Of a DNA stretch of 64,000 bases, positions 36,834 to 49,941 are shown piece after piece. The notes beneath the pieces are model-generated. The model ran no database searches, was not told where the DNA came from, and saw nothing but the letters and a program-made list of their open reading frames with translations. Each line of letters begins with the position of its first letter. Position 1 is the stretch's first letter. The DNA lies in the NCBI RefSeq assembly GCF_041956535.1, contig NW_027192200.1, positions 515,477 to 579,476 on the forward strand, in the 5' to 3' direction. The translations under genes were made by a program, and so were the position numbers. The DNA comes from Calcarisporiella thermophila CBS 279.70. Lineage: Eukaryota > Fungi > Calcarisporiellomycota.

Positions 36834-36860
36834 GAATAAAGAATAAAGAATAAAGAATAA
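36834..36860. repeat. (GAATAAA)x~4 tandem repeat between convergent RHO and bHLH 3' ends
   Basis: gaataaa gaataaa gaataaa gaataa; a short (GA)n tract follows at about 36914-36936. Confidence 0.8.
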
Positions 36861-37010
36861 GGGATAGGTGCGAGATGCGAGTATGGAATTACAAACCAAA
36901 TATTTTGGAAGAAAGAGAGAGAGAGAGAGAGAGAGAAGAAAAAGAAGAAATATACAGGCGAAATGGTTTCTACAAACAAGAAAAAGACATGATAAAAATA
37001 GGGTCGCTCT

Positions 37011-37607
37011 TCAGTTGAGCAAGAGGCTGATGTCCGACGAGCTGCTCAGATGCTTGTGCTCCTCGTCCACGCTCTCGTGCTTGCAGTAGTCGGGGCTCTC
37101 CTCCCGGTCGGACAGGGGGAAGGAGGTGGCGGAGGAGGGCGGGGACAGGGACCCGCGCCGCAGGTTCTCATTCTCAACCTTGAGCCCCTTGTTTTCGCGC
37201 TCCAGATCGGCGATCTTCTCCTGCAGCTCTTTGATGTAGCCGCAGGCCTCCTGCAGGACGACGGTGCGGTGGATCTTCTCGCCCTGGTCCTTGGTCTTGG
37301 GGATGGCCTGGACCAGATTGCCCAGCAGCTGGTTGATGACGTCGCGCCGCTTTCTCTCCAGTCTGCTGTGGGCCTCGCGGCGCTTCTGCATCCGCTCGAG
37401 GACAATGGACGAGTCCACATTCTTGCGGTGCAGGATGGAGGCTCCATTCTGGAGCTTGAACGACTTCATGACGGAGGAGTGGGGGAGCGAGTGGGCATTG
37501 TAGCAGTGCAGGAGCGGGTCGATTGGGTGGGGACTGGGATTGTGGGGGGCGGGGGGCATGGCGAAGTCGAGCTGGAATTGCGATTCGTAGGCGGAATAGG
37601 CAGACAT
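37011..37607 (-). CDS. bHLH-leucine zipper transcription factor (CACGTG-binding class)
   Basis: Basic region RREAHSRLERKRRDVIN has H5-E9-R13; helix 2 VLQEACGYIKELQ is followed by a heptad zipper; TATA-like TATATAA at about 37772-37778 on the minus strand. Confidence 0.92.
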   Translation of the reverse strand: MSAYSAYESQFQLDFAMPPAPHNPSPHPIDPLLHCYNAHSLPHSSVMKSFKLQNGASILHRKNVDSSIVLERMQKRREAHSRLERKRRDVINQLLGNLVQAIPKTKDQGEKIHRTVVLQEACGYIKELQEKIADLERENKGLKVENENLRRGSLSPPSSATSFPLSDREESPDYCKHESVDEEHKHLSSSSDISLLLN

Positions 37608-38861
37608 GGTGGAGGGGGAGGAGGAGGGGGGAGGCCCTAACCGGACAATAAGCCAACACAAAGCAGTGCTAAGGGAACTGGGGGGGATGAAAGAATGATG
37701 CAGCCAAGGCGCTTATGAGCAGAGATGAGGCGGGGGGGGGGGCGCTGGGGGGGACGGTGCAGTCGGCCGGATTATATACAGGCAGCCAAAGGCAATGGGG
37801 GAAAAAATAGAAACGAGGGCGAGGGAGAGCGCTGGAGGGCCTAATTTTATCAGCCATTTTTTCTTTTATCCGGGCTTGACTTGCCAAGAGTGTATGCAGC
37901 GAATCTCCATCGGTGATCCCAGTTTGCCAAGAGTGCCAGGGGAGCACCAGGTGGAATTTGAACTTTTGTGATTTCTCGTGTGAGGCAGGGAGAGCCTATT
38001 TTGGGCAGCGGGGCATTTTGCATGCGTCTGCGCAGAGGCCGCAGCATGGGCAGGTGTGAGACACTGGAAAAAATTAAATGAGCAGGACTCTGATTCATCT
38101 TGGCCCGCATTCATTTGTTCCTCCCGCTCTCGGCGCCGGCCAACGGTGCCGGCGGGGGCGGGGCTGGGGCCGGCCATGCCCAAGCGGCAGCCCGTTGCCG
38201 CGCAGGCGCTGCTCGCGGGCCGCCAGCCCTCCTCCATTCCTTAGGGGCGCTTTTGGATGCTGCGGTGGGGAGGCCAGGGCCCATTCCTCCGTCTCCCTCC
38301 CGAAACGGGAGCCAGGTTAAATAAGGAATAATGCTGCCGTTTTTGGTTGGGATTCAAAGGCTTATATCTGAGCTGGAATTGGAAGCCTTGGCCAACCGTG
38401 ACGGCAGCAAAGCACACAAACCCTTTCTTTATCGCGGTATCGCAATCTAATTAAAGCAGCCCTATCAGCCTGCGTTGGCCGACCCTGTCGGAAGCCGCAC
38501 AAGGCCCTGCCTCATTTCGTGACTTATGAATTTGAACCCCCTCTTGGCCCTTCCCGCCGCCCTCAAAGCGCGCTCCTGCACGCCGTCTGCCAGGCCCCAT
38601 GGATCCAGCCCAGCTTCTATGCAAATTGCAATCTGGCCAGAGGGTCCCCCACCACCAACCCTCCCCGCCCGCCCGCCCCCTCGGGCTTATTTCTAATCCG
38701 CTTTATTTTTTGAGCTCTGGCTCGCATTTTTCCCATGATTTCCTTCGCCAACCTGTCCGCAGGGAACGGCAGAAAAGCCTCCCCCCTCCGGGGGCGTTCG
38801 CCCTTCTCCTCTTTTCCCCTAACTGACCTGCCGCCTCCTGCTGGAGCCTGGGGAAAATCCA

Positions 38862-39431
38862 ATGTCTGAATTCAAAGGCTACTCCCTCTGGCTCGCTCCA
38901 TCCCCGTCCTCGCCCGCCTACCAGCATGCAGGCTCGCTCATCAAGGCCCTTGCGGCCCGCTACGCAACCTCCCGCTTCGATCCTCACGTGACCCTGCTCT
39001 CGCCCATCAAGGCAACGCCGGACGAAATCCGCGCCGCCTTCGACGGCATCCGCAGGAGCATCGACCCGGGCCTCGGTGGCAAAAGAATCGTCCGGATCGG
39101 CATCAAGGAGATCGTCACCAAACCGCTGCACTACCAGTGCGTGGTGCTCCATGTCGGCGGGGACAACCTCCAGCCCCTCTACGATGCCACGGAGCTCGCT
39201 TTCTATGGCAAGAAGACCCCCTACTTCTCCCATCTCTCGCTGGTGTACGGCGATTTAAGCGAGGAGACGAGGCGAGAGATCGCCGACTACGTGGAGAGAG
39301 GAGAGTGGTTCCGCGATGACACCGAGTCGGACTGGCGAAAGGCGCTGTCATTCGAGGCGGACCGCGTGCTCATTGTGGATACATCGGGGAGGCCTGAGGA
39401 ATGGAGCATCAAGGGTGAGATACCTTTATAG
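38862..39431 (+). CDS. CPD1: 2H-family cyclic phosphodiesterase (CPDase, Cpd1-like)
   Basis: Two HxT/S motifs (FDPHVTL, SHLSLVYGD), N-terminal YSLWLAP and C-terminal VDTSGRPEEW. Confidence 0.9.
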   Translation: MSEFKGYSLWLAPSPSSPAYQHAGSLIKALAARYATSRFDPHVTLLSPIKATPDEIRAAFDGIRRSIDPGLGGKRIVRIGIKEIVTKPLHYQCVVLHVGGDNLQPLYDATELAFYGKKTPYFSHLSLVYGDLSEETRREIADYVERGEWFRDDTESDWRKALSFEADRVLIVDTSGRPEEWSIKGEIPL

Positions 39432-39883
39432 ACGCTGCCAGGGACGATGGCGAGCCTGTTTATTTGGGTGCAACCACGGGATCCTCCCGCCTTCTATATC
39501 GTCCTGCTTATGTATTATGTATATTCGAGGTAGCAAAATGGAAGGGAAAACATGAAAGGGGGAGGAAAAAGTGCAAACAATGGAAACGAAATAATAAAAA
39601 TAATGAATAAAATAGGGTTGGTTGAATGTCAAGACTAGAGAAGAGAGAAATAAGGAAATAAAAAAGAACACTATATAGTATGCATCCTATGGCATTTTTT
39701 TTCCCACATGGTATTTATATACACAAAGTAATAGCATGCTAATTAAAGGAGGAGGAAAAAATAGGAAGCCGCACCATCATGCAACCCTGAGTGTAAGAGC
39801 CGATAGAAGGAGCAAAGAAAAAATAGAAAGCTACGGAAACGATCAACCCAATGTCGGGGGAGGGGAGGCGTCCGGCCATCGTG

Positions 39884-42800
39884 CTAGGACGCGCGGTCCT
39901 CTTTTGAAGACGAAGCCCCTCCGCGACTCTCCTCGGCATTCCCCTCATCCAAAAGGACGCTGGCATTACAGCTGCTCACCGTCGACACCGTCTCACTGAC
40001 TCCCCCGCCCAGCCGCAACAGCTCATCCTGGTGGAAGAGGGGGCCGTGGTCGTCCTCGCTCACCGCAACGCTCCCGGTCCCCTCCGACGTCTCCGTCAGC
40101 CTCCCCCGGGGCCTATCGGACACTAGGGTGGTGTGCTCGGCGCTGCTGCTATCGCCGCTCTCGAACTCACTGCCCTCGCTGGCACACCCGTCCCCCTCCA
40201 CCCCTTCGCCCCTCGCCTCCCGCAGCTGAAGCTGGGTCGTGGCCCTCAGGATGGCCATCATGTCGTGGTCGTGCAGCTGCTTCATCCACATGTCGTGGTA
40301 GAGCCCGTCCTGGTTCTGCATCAGCTCCGTGTGGCGCCCCCGCTCCACTATCTCGCCGTTCCGCAGCACCAGGATCAGATCGGCGTTGACGATGGTGGAG
40401 AGCCGGTGGGCAATCACCAGGGTGGTTCGGTTGGTGGTCATGCGCCGCAGGGAGCGGTGGATCAGCCTCTCGGTGGCCGAGTCCATGGCGCTCGTCGCCT
40501 CATCCAGCAGGACAATGGGCGGGTTTTTGAGCAGCGTGCGTGCTATGGCCACGCGCTGCTTCTCTCCTCCGCTTAGACGCATGCCCCGTTCACCCACACG
40601 CGTTGCGTATCCTAAACAGAAGGCCAAAAGGTTAGGCTGCATCGTCTGCCGTCCCGGGCAAGGGCAGGGGTACCTTCTGGGAAACTGCTGATCTGGTTGT
40701 GAATGTGGGCCGCGGTGGCCGCCTCCTCAACCTCCAGATCCGTCGCGTCTATCCGGCCATAACGTATGTTGTAGCGTAGGGTGTCATTAAACAAAACGGG
40801 GTCCTACCAAGGAAGCAAGGGTTCGTGCAAGATAGGTGAGAGGGGGGGGGGGGGAAGAAAGACGGCCCGGAGAGAGGGCAAGGCCTTACTTGTGGGACAA
40901 TGCCAATCTGCTTGCGAAGGTCCCCTTGGCGCACATGGCGGATGTCCTGGCCGTCGATCAGGATTCGGCCGCTGTTGACATCGTAAAACCGGAAGAGTAG
41001 GCGAATAAGGGTGGACTTGCCAGACCCCGACGGCCCAACCAGCGCCACCGTTGCGCCTGGCTCGACGGTGAAGGAAATGTTGCGCAGGGTCGGAGAGCGC
41101 TTATCATAGCTGAAGGACACGTTCTCTGTAGTAGGGGAGGGGGGAGGAGGGGGAGGCAAGCTTAGGAGGGAACCCTGGCACAGAAAGAGAAAGCACCGCC
41201 TACTTACCAAACTTGACTTCGCCACGCTTGACAACACAGGGCGCCGCCTGGGGCAGGTCCTTCACCTCCATCGGCTCCTGGAACAAATCGAGCATCTTCT
41301 CCATGTCGACAAAGTTCTTCTGCAGCTGTCGATAGTAGGTTCCAAACCTAGGTTGGGTTGTTTGGAGGTCATCATAACAGGTTAGGTGAGCGGGGCCACG
41401 AAAAACCCAATTCGAAATAAAGTTTCATCCAGCTTACCAATTCAGTGGGCCGTAGAGCTGCAGGATGTATCCCATGTACAAGGCAAAGTCGCCCACCGTC
41501 ATCTTCCCGTCCACGATGCGCCGCGCCACCAGCAAACACCCCGCGAGCAAACCCACCTGGATGATACAGTTCTGGGTTAGCTTGAGCGCGGCGGTCGCGA
41601 AGTTGGACATCCACTCCGCGCTCTGGTAGTCGAGCACCGCGTTCAGATACTGCTGAACCTCGAACTTCTCCGCGGCGTAGAGCTTCACCGTCTCGTAGTT
41701 GATCAGCGAGTCGACTGGGGGAGGGGAGGGGAGGGGAGGGGATTGAGAGAGGAGCTCAGCGAGAGCGAATGGGAAAGAAGAGGGAGGGCGGATAATTACC
41801 TGCTTTGGCCTCCATGTTGTTGTCCAATAGATTGGCCTCGCGACGATACTTGGTGCGCCACTCGGTCAGGACGACCGTGCTGAAGATGTAGAGCGTCATG
41901 GTGATGAACACAATGGCCCCGAAGTAGAAATCCAGTTTCCAGGTCATGACCATGCACGCAACGACCACGTCCATCAGGGTCGGGATGATGTTGAAAAAGA
42001 TCGAGGAGAGGATCGTGACGATGGAGGAAACGCCTCGGTCTATCCGGACGGGTTAGCATTAAGGGGGGAGTGAAATGACCAGGAAAAAGAAAACGCAGTA
42101 GCCAACCTTGCACGCGCAGAATCTCGCCCGTCTTGCGCTGGAGGTGGAAGCGGAGCGAGAGGTGGAGCAGGTGCTCAAACATCTTCACCTGAAGCTGGCG
42201 GGTGGTGAACTACAAAGCATGGAGAGACGATCGTCAGTGTTTTTTTTATTTTGGAAAGAAAGCAGGGGCAAACAAGCGGCTACCTGGCCGATGGGCAGCC
42301 AAAGGAACTGCTCGGCCGTCGAGATGAGCCCCACGCCGCCCTGCATGAACCTCAGGAAGACAAAGATCAGGATCTCATGCCAGGCGAACCTCTTCTCCTC
42401 CAGAGCGTCGATGACGAATTTCTGCTGGATGGGCACGAGCACGTTGACCACGCGGTGCCCGATCAGCAGCACGAAGCACACCAGGAACCGCAGCTGGAGG
42501 CCGCGGTCGTGATGCGGCCAGAGGAACGGGAAGAGCTTGGGGAACTTGGTGAGGAACTCGCCGGCCGTCTTGGGGGGCTTGTACTTGGGGTCATCGCTCA
42601 TGCTGTACATCTTAGGCGAGGTATACGGGTCGGCGGCGGATTGCTCGAGGTCGCCGTTCTCTTGCGTCGCGGGGGGGTCGGTGGAGACGAAGGTGCCGTA
42701 GCGTGCGGTGGACGACACGCCAGCGTGTCCCCCACCCGTGCTCTGCGCTATCCGCACGCGCAGCCACAGCAGCACCCCTGTGCAGGCGACCAGCGCGAGA

Positions 42801-43525
42801 AGCAGCGCATACCGCACCGTGAACGCCAAAAAGACGGGCCAGTTGAGCGCGAATGCAGAGGCCTCCGCGTCCCCGGAGGCTGGATGCGTGAGATATACAA
42901 TGAAGTGGTAGAGCTCAAGGTTGGAGAGCAGAAATGCAAAGAAACAGAACCCCAGAGTGGAGGCACTCGGGTAGGTGGCGATGTCGCGGCGCTCCTTCCG
43001 CAGCCGAGAGAGATGGAGGCCCCACGTGAGGCTTCGAGCGGCGGGGGCCAAGAGCAGATAGAGCGGGGTGGGCGAGGCCGACCCTAGCGAGGTGCCGAGC
43101 ATCCACAGCGTCTCGGCCGATGTCACAAGGAGGATGAGGCGGGTGAGGAGGGCGGTTGCGGTTGCAAGGCTTTCGAGCTTTGCGAAAGGCTGCGGGCGCC
43201 GATGGGACAGGGGCTCGGCATCATCTGGTAGAGGGAGAGCGCGAGGGTTAGCGACAAGAAAAGGGGCGGCATTTTGGGGAGGGAAAAAAGAAAAATCGCA
43301 ATCAAGGCCCCATGCCCTACCTGACAGGAGGCGAGCGGCGGATGGCGAGCGGGGAGATTCTCGAGAATGGCGCCGATAGCAGAATGCAGCAACGCATGTG
43401 TAGAGCAGGAGCGGCACAATGGAGATGGCTTCGAGGGAGCATGGAGACAATCGCCCGCTGTAGAAGAATGGCTGCTGACACATGTATGAGGCTGAGTGCA
43501 GCGCAAATGACCGGGCATCCGGCAT
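39884..43525 (-). CDS. HMT1: Half-size ABC transporter, HMT1/ABCB6 heavy-metal tolerance type
   Basis: N-terminal extra membrane region; FPFLWP; [25 protein letters not shown]; Walker [10 protein letters not shown]; signature [13 protein letters not shown]; LLDEATSA; IAHRLST. About 8 GT-AG introns. Confidence 0.93.
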
Positions 43526-45260
43526 AGCTGTGTCGAAGGTGGATGGCGAGAGGGGCCGGGAGAGAAGAGAAGAGAAGCAAGCGGGCCGGCGGGAGAAAAA
43601 AAAAAAATCGCGGGCGGGCGAGAAGGCTAGCGTAAGGTGCAAATACAGGTATAGGAGGTGTCAAAAGTAAAAAAAGTTTTTTGCAACTCTAAATTGAAGG
43701 AGTTGGCGGAATTTCCAGGCGGATTTCGTCGATTCGCCAATGCCGCGCTTGCCCGCAAGTGGGGGCCGCGATATCAGCTGTGCCCGCGCGTCTTGCGCAG
43801 GGGTGGGGCGGCCTCCGCGCCCGCCGCAACCCAGCCGCAGGCTCAGGCGGCGGCGGGCCAGGCACGAGGGGGAGGTGGGAAGCTGCCGCGCAGGGCAGCG
43901 AATACTAGAAGCTGCACCGCGTTTGGGAGCGTGGCCCGGCTTCCCATTAGCCAGCCCTTTGGCCCGCTCGTCTCTCCACAGCCAATCACCCCCATTTAAT
44001 AAGACTGAGATTCCCAAATGAAATCGCCCGCTTGCATGAAATCGATGGAATCCTAAATCGCTCGCCAAATCGCCGGCCCTTCTGATCGGGTCCGAGGGCT
44101 GCCTTGGCGCTGGAAACTTCTTTGCAGCGTTCTTTTCTTCTTCTCCACTGCGCCGCGGCGGACGCCAACGGCGCGTGGGTGCGGCGCCCGCCGAGCAGAA
44201 TGCGTGCATTCCGCCGGCCATAGATTTCAGTTTGGTGCATCAACTTTGTTTTATTCATTCTAGTACGAAATACATGAGGATAAATTTACAATGCCCATCT
44301 CCATCATCGCTTTGCCGGCCCTGAGCCAGCCCGGAGGGGGTGGCCTAGTCCAGCTCACTCCAGCCTAGTCCAAGGACAGCGGCGTTATGGGCCCCGGCAC
44401 ACTGATAATGTAGGGGCGCAGGACCGGCGTTGCATTAGGGCGGGAAGGGAGAGCATTTGGGTCTGGCGGGGGTCGCGACGCGCAGGTTGCGGAGAGCGGG
44501 TTCGGAATAGAGGCTTCGAGCGCACTGGGGTTGCTGGAGAACTCGTCCATGCCGTTCTCGAGCGTCCAAGCAAGACTACTTAATCAGCAGACATGCCATA
44601 TCCCTCCCGCACTATATATCCAGCTGCTCACGAGGCGTACTTCACGTCATCGGTCCGGAATAGAATCGACGTCACACACCCCCCCTCCCATTCTGACAGC
44701 CGAAGACGCGGAGATTGGCATGGTTTTTTTTCCTGTACGACCAAATTAGCATTCCTTCGAAGTTTTATATATTGCGGATCCTCACAAATGGGGTTTTGCA
44801 CCGCAATATAGCACAGTTAATGTAATTATTTTACCTATTGAAAAATTGGGAATAAACTCCAAATGATTGGGCCTTGTGGGACTCCGGGTGAAAATACACA
44901 CTAAGTAGAGCGGCCCCGAATATTTCAAGTCCACTTTTTGAAATCTCCCCTCCTCTCTCATTCCAAGCATCGGTGCTCATTTCCCTCCACCTCTACGGAA
45001 GCATTCAAGCCTGATGACCAAGGCCCTCCCATAAATCTCCTCTCCCCTTGACACCAAGCTTGGCGAGCTGGCTTCCTCGCATCGACTCTCCCCCCTACTT
45101 GTTTACTTAACTATTCGCTTCCTTTGTCTGGTAGGTAGGCCCAACCCGAACCTTGGTGCAGCTTCAAACCTAAACTCTGCCTCTTCCAATAAAACCCCTT
45201 AGACACCCATTCATACACGCCTGCAGAGCCATATCCAACTCGCTCTCTCCTCGACATATC

Positions 45261-47429
45261 ATGGCGCCCGCCACTTCCTCTAATACTGGGATTCCAAACA
45301 GAAAACGAGGTATATTCTTGGCTCGTTGCTGCCTTGTCCTCCTGAGTACTGACAGCTGAGTATGTTGTTCTTGCGTAGAGGTGCGCCCCAGTTTTCAAGA
45401 GTTAGCCACAGAACTGGGCGAGACCCGGGCAAGGGAGTCGACCTATGGCTCTAGTCGCCTGCAACCTCGCCTTCCCGGATCCCCATCGTCTCCAAGAGAC
45501 AGGTCATTGAGAGGGAAGTCGCAATATGCCAATTTCAAAAGGCGGCTGGCTCCACGCGCCCTCCCGCCTTCTACCAGTGATCCTGATAATCCAGACGCAG
45601 TTGCTGATGGCGACCAAGACAGCTCTATCGTCGATGCAACCACCTCTATCGCTCGCCTGGAATCCACCGCTCTTTCCGCTCGGCCTACAAAAACCAGCCT
45701 CCTTCCCCTCGCAACCGACTTCATCCCGCAGACTTTCTCCCAGGCCTCCGGAATCGCCACCTCGACCATCGTTCTCAATCCGCCGTCGACCTCGATCGCC
45801 TCCATTTCGCCCTCCAACTCATTCGTCCCGACTGCCCCGCAGCCCAGTCAAGCTTTCTCGGCCTGTGTGGTCAATCCCCTCAACACGACAGCCTGGACCT
45901 GCTCGTCGGACTCGCTGTATTGCGACCCGTCGAGCATGACCTGTCGGCCAAAGCTCACCGAGGGGCTTCGCTGCTCCAGCGACCAGCAATGCGCCAGCGG
46001 GGTTTGCAGAGCGGGCGTCTGCAATGATTTCAGCCGGGTCGGGTTCATTGCGTCCTCTGAAAAAGGAGGGGGCCGAGGAGCAAGCTTCGAGGAGGTTGGG
46101 AAATACGTCGGGATAGCGTTCGCTTGTCTTGCCGGGATAGCCGTCCTCGCTTTTGGGATTCTCTGGTCGATTCGAGCCCGCAAGAAGGACCCAAAGTACC
46201 GTGGAAGTGTATTCTTCCCGAGTGCCCCCTGGCGACCCGACGCGGGCTGGCAAAATTCCCACAGTGAAAAGGCGTCTGGTGGGGAGGACGCCCACGCCTA
46301 TTTACCCGATGAGGAGCAGTACCTGGATGTTCCGGCGGTGCAAGAGCTTTTATCCGTACCGCCTCAGACCCTCCCGCCTCCCCCGACCCCTCCACCCAGT
46401 TCCCCGCCGCCGCCTTTGCCCCCTGCATCCTCTGGGCCGCCAGAATCGGCCCCACCTCATGAACCCCTCCGGGTGGCACCGTCCCTAGAGGTTGAGGAGC
46501 CGCTGCCCAGTCGTAGCGTAAGCCCCGTGACCATTTCGCAAAAGGCTTTCCTGGAGCCATGGCAACTTCAAGTGCTGCTGGAAACTACGGGTGGCGCTGC
46601 GCCCGAGGAGTTCGGTAAGGAGGACCGAGTGGCTGCTAAAACCACCATCCAGAAATCGATTGCAGCAATGTACCAGGATGATCTTGAGGCGATGCAACGC
46701 TACCGCGAAAACCCTTCGGTGGAACTCTCAAAGCATAGGCGGCGCAGCTTTAGTCTTAATTATGGGGCGACGGGCGCTCGACGAGCTAGCAAGCACCTTC
46801 TCTCCCCGAGAAAGCCTTCTACTGCGGATCGGGATTCGGGTTCGTCGTTGTGGAGAAACTCGCGCTGTAACTCGCTGGATCTGGGGTGCGGAGAACTGGT
46901 GACCTCCTCGGCCTGGGCGGCAGGCGAAGCGAGTTCTGGAAGGTCGAGCATGTGCTCGGTGATCTTGATAGACCCCGCATCGTGGCCTGCAGTCCCCCCT
47001 ATTCCAAGTGAACATGACCGGGGAGCTAACGTTGAGAGCGCACAGGCACAAGGAGCAGAGGAGAATGCAAAGAAAAATAAAGTCGAATTGCCGAAGCTTG
47101 TCGAGAATAGGAGTAGCATCTCGACATACAATACGGCCAATGAGTCCCCCTCTCCGACCACGATGCGTAGCGATCTGGCAGCACCGGAAGCATCACGTTC
47201 GCAGACACCGAACTCCGTTTCGTCTGTTCAAACCGTTCAAATGAGACCGGAAAGTACCATTGAGCAAGGGGCCGACGCAGTGAATGAGAGTCGTGGGAAT
47301 CGTCCACCAACCCTACCATTGCCCGACTTGCCCCCCGCAGATATCAATTACCGCGTGTCGATGTTCAGAGCGTCCATGTACCACGACCCTGATTCTTCCT
47401 CGGCCCACGCCCCCGAGTTGCCCAAATGA
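45261..47429 (+). CDS. Single-pass membrane protein with extracellular Cys-rich module and Pro/Ser-rich cytoplasmic tail
   Basis: 682-codon open frame 45381-47429 with S/T-rich stalk, 8-Cys module (..CSSDQQCASGVCRAGVC), transmembrane YVGIAFACLAGIAVLAFGILW and RARKK. Proposed short first exon 45261-45309 plus intron 45310-45378; the 5' end is uncertain. Confidence 0.75.
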
Positions 47430-49545
47430 GCGATGAGCTTTCCAAATAATCCCTCTACTAGCCGATGCAGAACCACGTTCTCCTGGTCCTGTCGGCTCGC
47501 CTTTTCAACCGAAAATCCCTATCGAATCGTCTTCATTGTATTTATATATCCAATTAGGTCTTACACACTACATATGCATAGATTGCATTGCATTCGCTCC
47601 TTCTACCCCCTCTCCCCCTCGTTAAGCTGTTTTCATCCTTTAACTACATGTTTTATTTATTATCTGGGCGGGTCGAGTCCTTTTTAGATTGAGATCTCTA
47701 TGCCCAGCAAACTTAATTTCTCTTTGATAAACGATCCTCTAAGATCCAAAACGAGATTATGCTCACTAAATCCATTTTAACGCACTTTGTGCAAATGTAA
47801 GGCCGGCCATTCTCCATCTCTATCCCCAGGAGGCGCTTTCTTCTGACCGGAGGCAATTATCAAAATTGCATTCGAGCTCATATGAAATACTAAAAATGGG
47901 TATGCCGTGCGATTAAGTTTTATGGCCAATATCTACTCCTGTTTAGGGTCAAGGATTAGGATATAATATACCGACTCTTTTGCCGTAAACTTCAGCCTAT
48001 GGCACTGCCCTTTTTAATAATATTTACCAAGCGAGATTTTAGAATAATTCGAGTCTACTAAGAGTTGAATACCAAATGGAATAGATTCAGATTAAAATTC
48101 CCCCCACAATCACATCTCTTCCCGTACTAGGCACATCTTAGACAAGCCAACGTACTAGTTTATTAGTGTGAGAAGATTTTCTGTGTACACTCCCAACCTA
48201 TGCAACTACTGGTAAAAGGGCATGGGGAAATTTCAAATCTCTATAGATTAGACGATAGGCTTAAACCATAATCCTAGTAAGGTATCAGAACTCGAGTTGA
48301 TTTTCTCAAGCAAGGGAATAATAGTCAAACAATAAACAGCAAATGCATATTCACTATTTATTATTCTGTGTCCATACCTCACGATTGCACTTCTGCTCAT
48401 CCTCTAAAATCACAACAGTGGTGCTGGCAAATCTGCGTTAGCTTTCCACTTATCTTGGATTGGGAGAAGGGGGGTGAGTGGATGTTCATTTATTAAAACT
48501 AATCAAGTCAGCTATTTAATGCACCAAGAAAGCAGAGATATATGGAGAATCATGGCTTCAGAAAAATATTTAGAACTAGCTCTCATTCTGCAAACTGTAA
48601 AATGACTTAGACCAAATAGACCACCAGCTGATCTTGTGTACGATCGATTCTAGTCTAAACGGCGTCGGTAGAACGATTAAGCTCATTGAGGCATATCTGT
48701 CATTCCCTATATAGTAAAGCTCCAAAAGAGGCCACGGGGTGTTCTTATTAGAGTGGCAGTGCCGCCTCCTTCCCTTGGTTCAACCCCTACTTCTGTAATG
48801 TAACCGAGTTCGTCTAGAGTACATAGCGGGACTGGAGCGTTTACGTAAGTAAGAACTTTTTCACGCATGGTTGGCACCAGAGCGTGAGCGCTGCTCAAAT
48901 CATTTCCGTGCATGGCCGAGTTCGCGGGCATTAGGATCACAATGGCCGCTATTCTAGCACATTTATGCTCTAGCAAAAGGGCAGTGGAGAGAAGGACACC
49001 CAGACGTATAGCTCGCATATCAAAGCCCACAACAACCCATGCTCATCGACTTTAAGATCGCAGCCACCGGTGCTGTAGACTCTCTCGTTCTCGGAAAGGC
49101 CATTGGCACACAACGCGTTATCACGGCATTTATGGCGTTTGAGCGGCATCAGAGTGTGAATGCTTTCCCATTGACTTATCTCGTCGCAAGCAATGCCTTC
49201 AGCCCGCAGCACGCTCCTTCGACATGTAGCTTATCGATTCTTTCGTCCACCGCTGGACATGGTTAGCCCTCGCCTCGATGACCGCCTGAAGTGTCTCGCT
49301 TTCAATATCTTTCGATTATTCTCGTAACCCCATCGAATGCTTACCTGATACGAAGCACGAAGTCGGGAGCTTAACTTCTCTGGTGCTCCCAACATTGGCA
49401 GGCTGGATTCGATTCCCAAATTGATTGGATGCAATATTGAGATCGCTGAGTCACATTACAACCCACGGCAAACTGGATTTTAATTTAATTAAGTTGCTGT
49501 GACTTGGCAGCAATTGCGGCATTGATTTTTTCAAGAAAATCTCAG

Positions 49546-49552
49546 TATAAAA
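49546..49552 (+). promoter_or_regulatory. TATA box of small secreted protein gene
   Basis: TATAAAA about 50 bp upstream of ATG 49597. Confidence 0.5.
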
Positions 49553-49596
49553 AGAAGATTAAAATTAGAAACTTTTGAAGAATCCCAACTTATACC

Positions 49597-49941
49597 ATGC
49601 TCTGGGTGCTATTGTTCTTTTTTGTTTCTATTTTCACTCGTACAACGCTTGCATATGACGTGGGCGCATGTTTGATAGTTAATGTGACTACGCCCTGGTC
49701 AGAGTGTCACGCAGATCGTGTACCGGTGGGAGTATGTCAAGGACTAGACGCAACCGCTAGGACGGCATTCAAAGAATCACTTGAAAGTCGCAACTACCAA
49801 CGTAACACGATCATTGAGAAGTATGGGCCAATCAATTACGGTCTATCCATAAACACGACCGATGGACTAGACGATAAGCTACGTGCGGAACGAGATAGTT
49901 TCTATCAGCTGTGTGATGCTACTAAGGGGAAAAGCTTATGA
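49597..49941 (+). CDS. Small secreted protein (114 aa, 4 Cys), intronless, in an AT-rich region
   Basis: Signal peptide MLWVLLFFFVSIFTRTTLA, ACCATG start context, upstream TATA box, N-glycosylation sequons NVT and NTT. Confidence 0.75.
   Translation: MLWVLLFFFVSIFTRTTLAYDVGACLIVNVTTPWSECHADRVPVGVCQGLDATARTAFKESLESRNYQRNTIIEKYGPINYGLSINTTDGLDDKLRAERDSFYQLCDATKGKSL

Noticed and set aside
38862-43525. CPD1 plus HMT1 (and the Dph6-like gene) as a functional module
   Set aside because: Convergent orientation and unrelated known functions.
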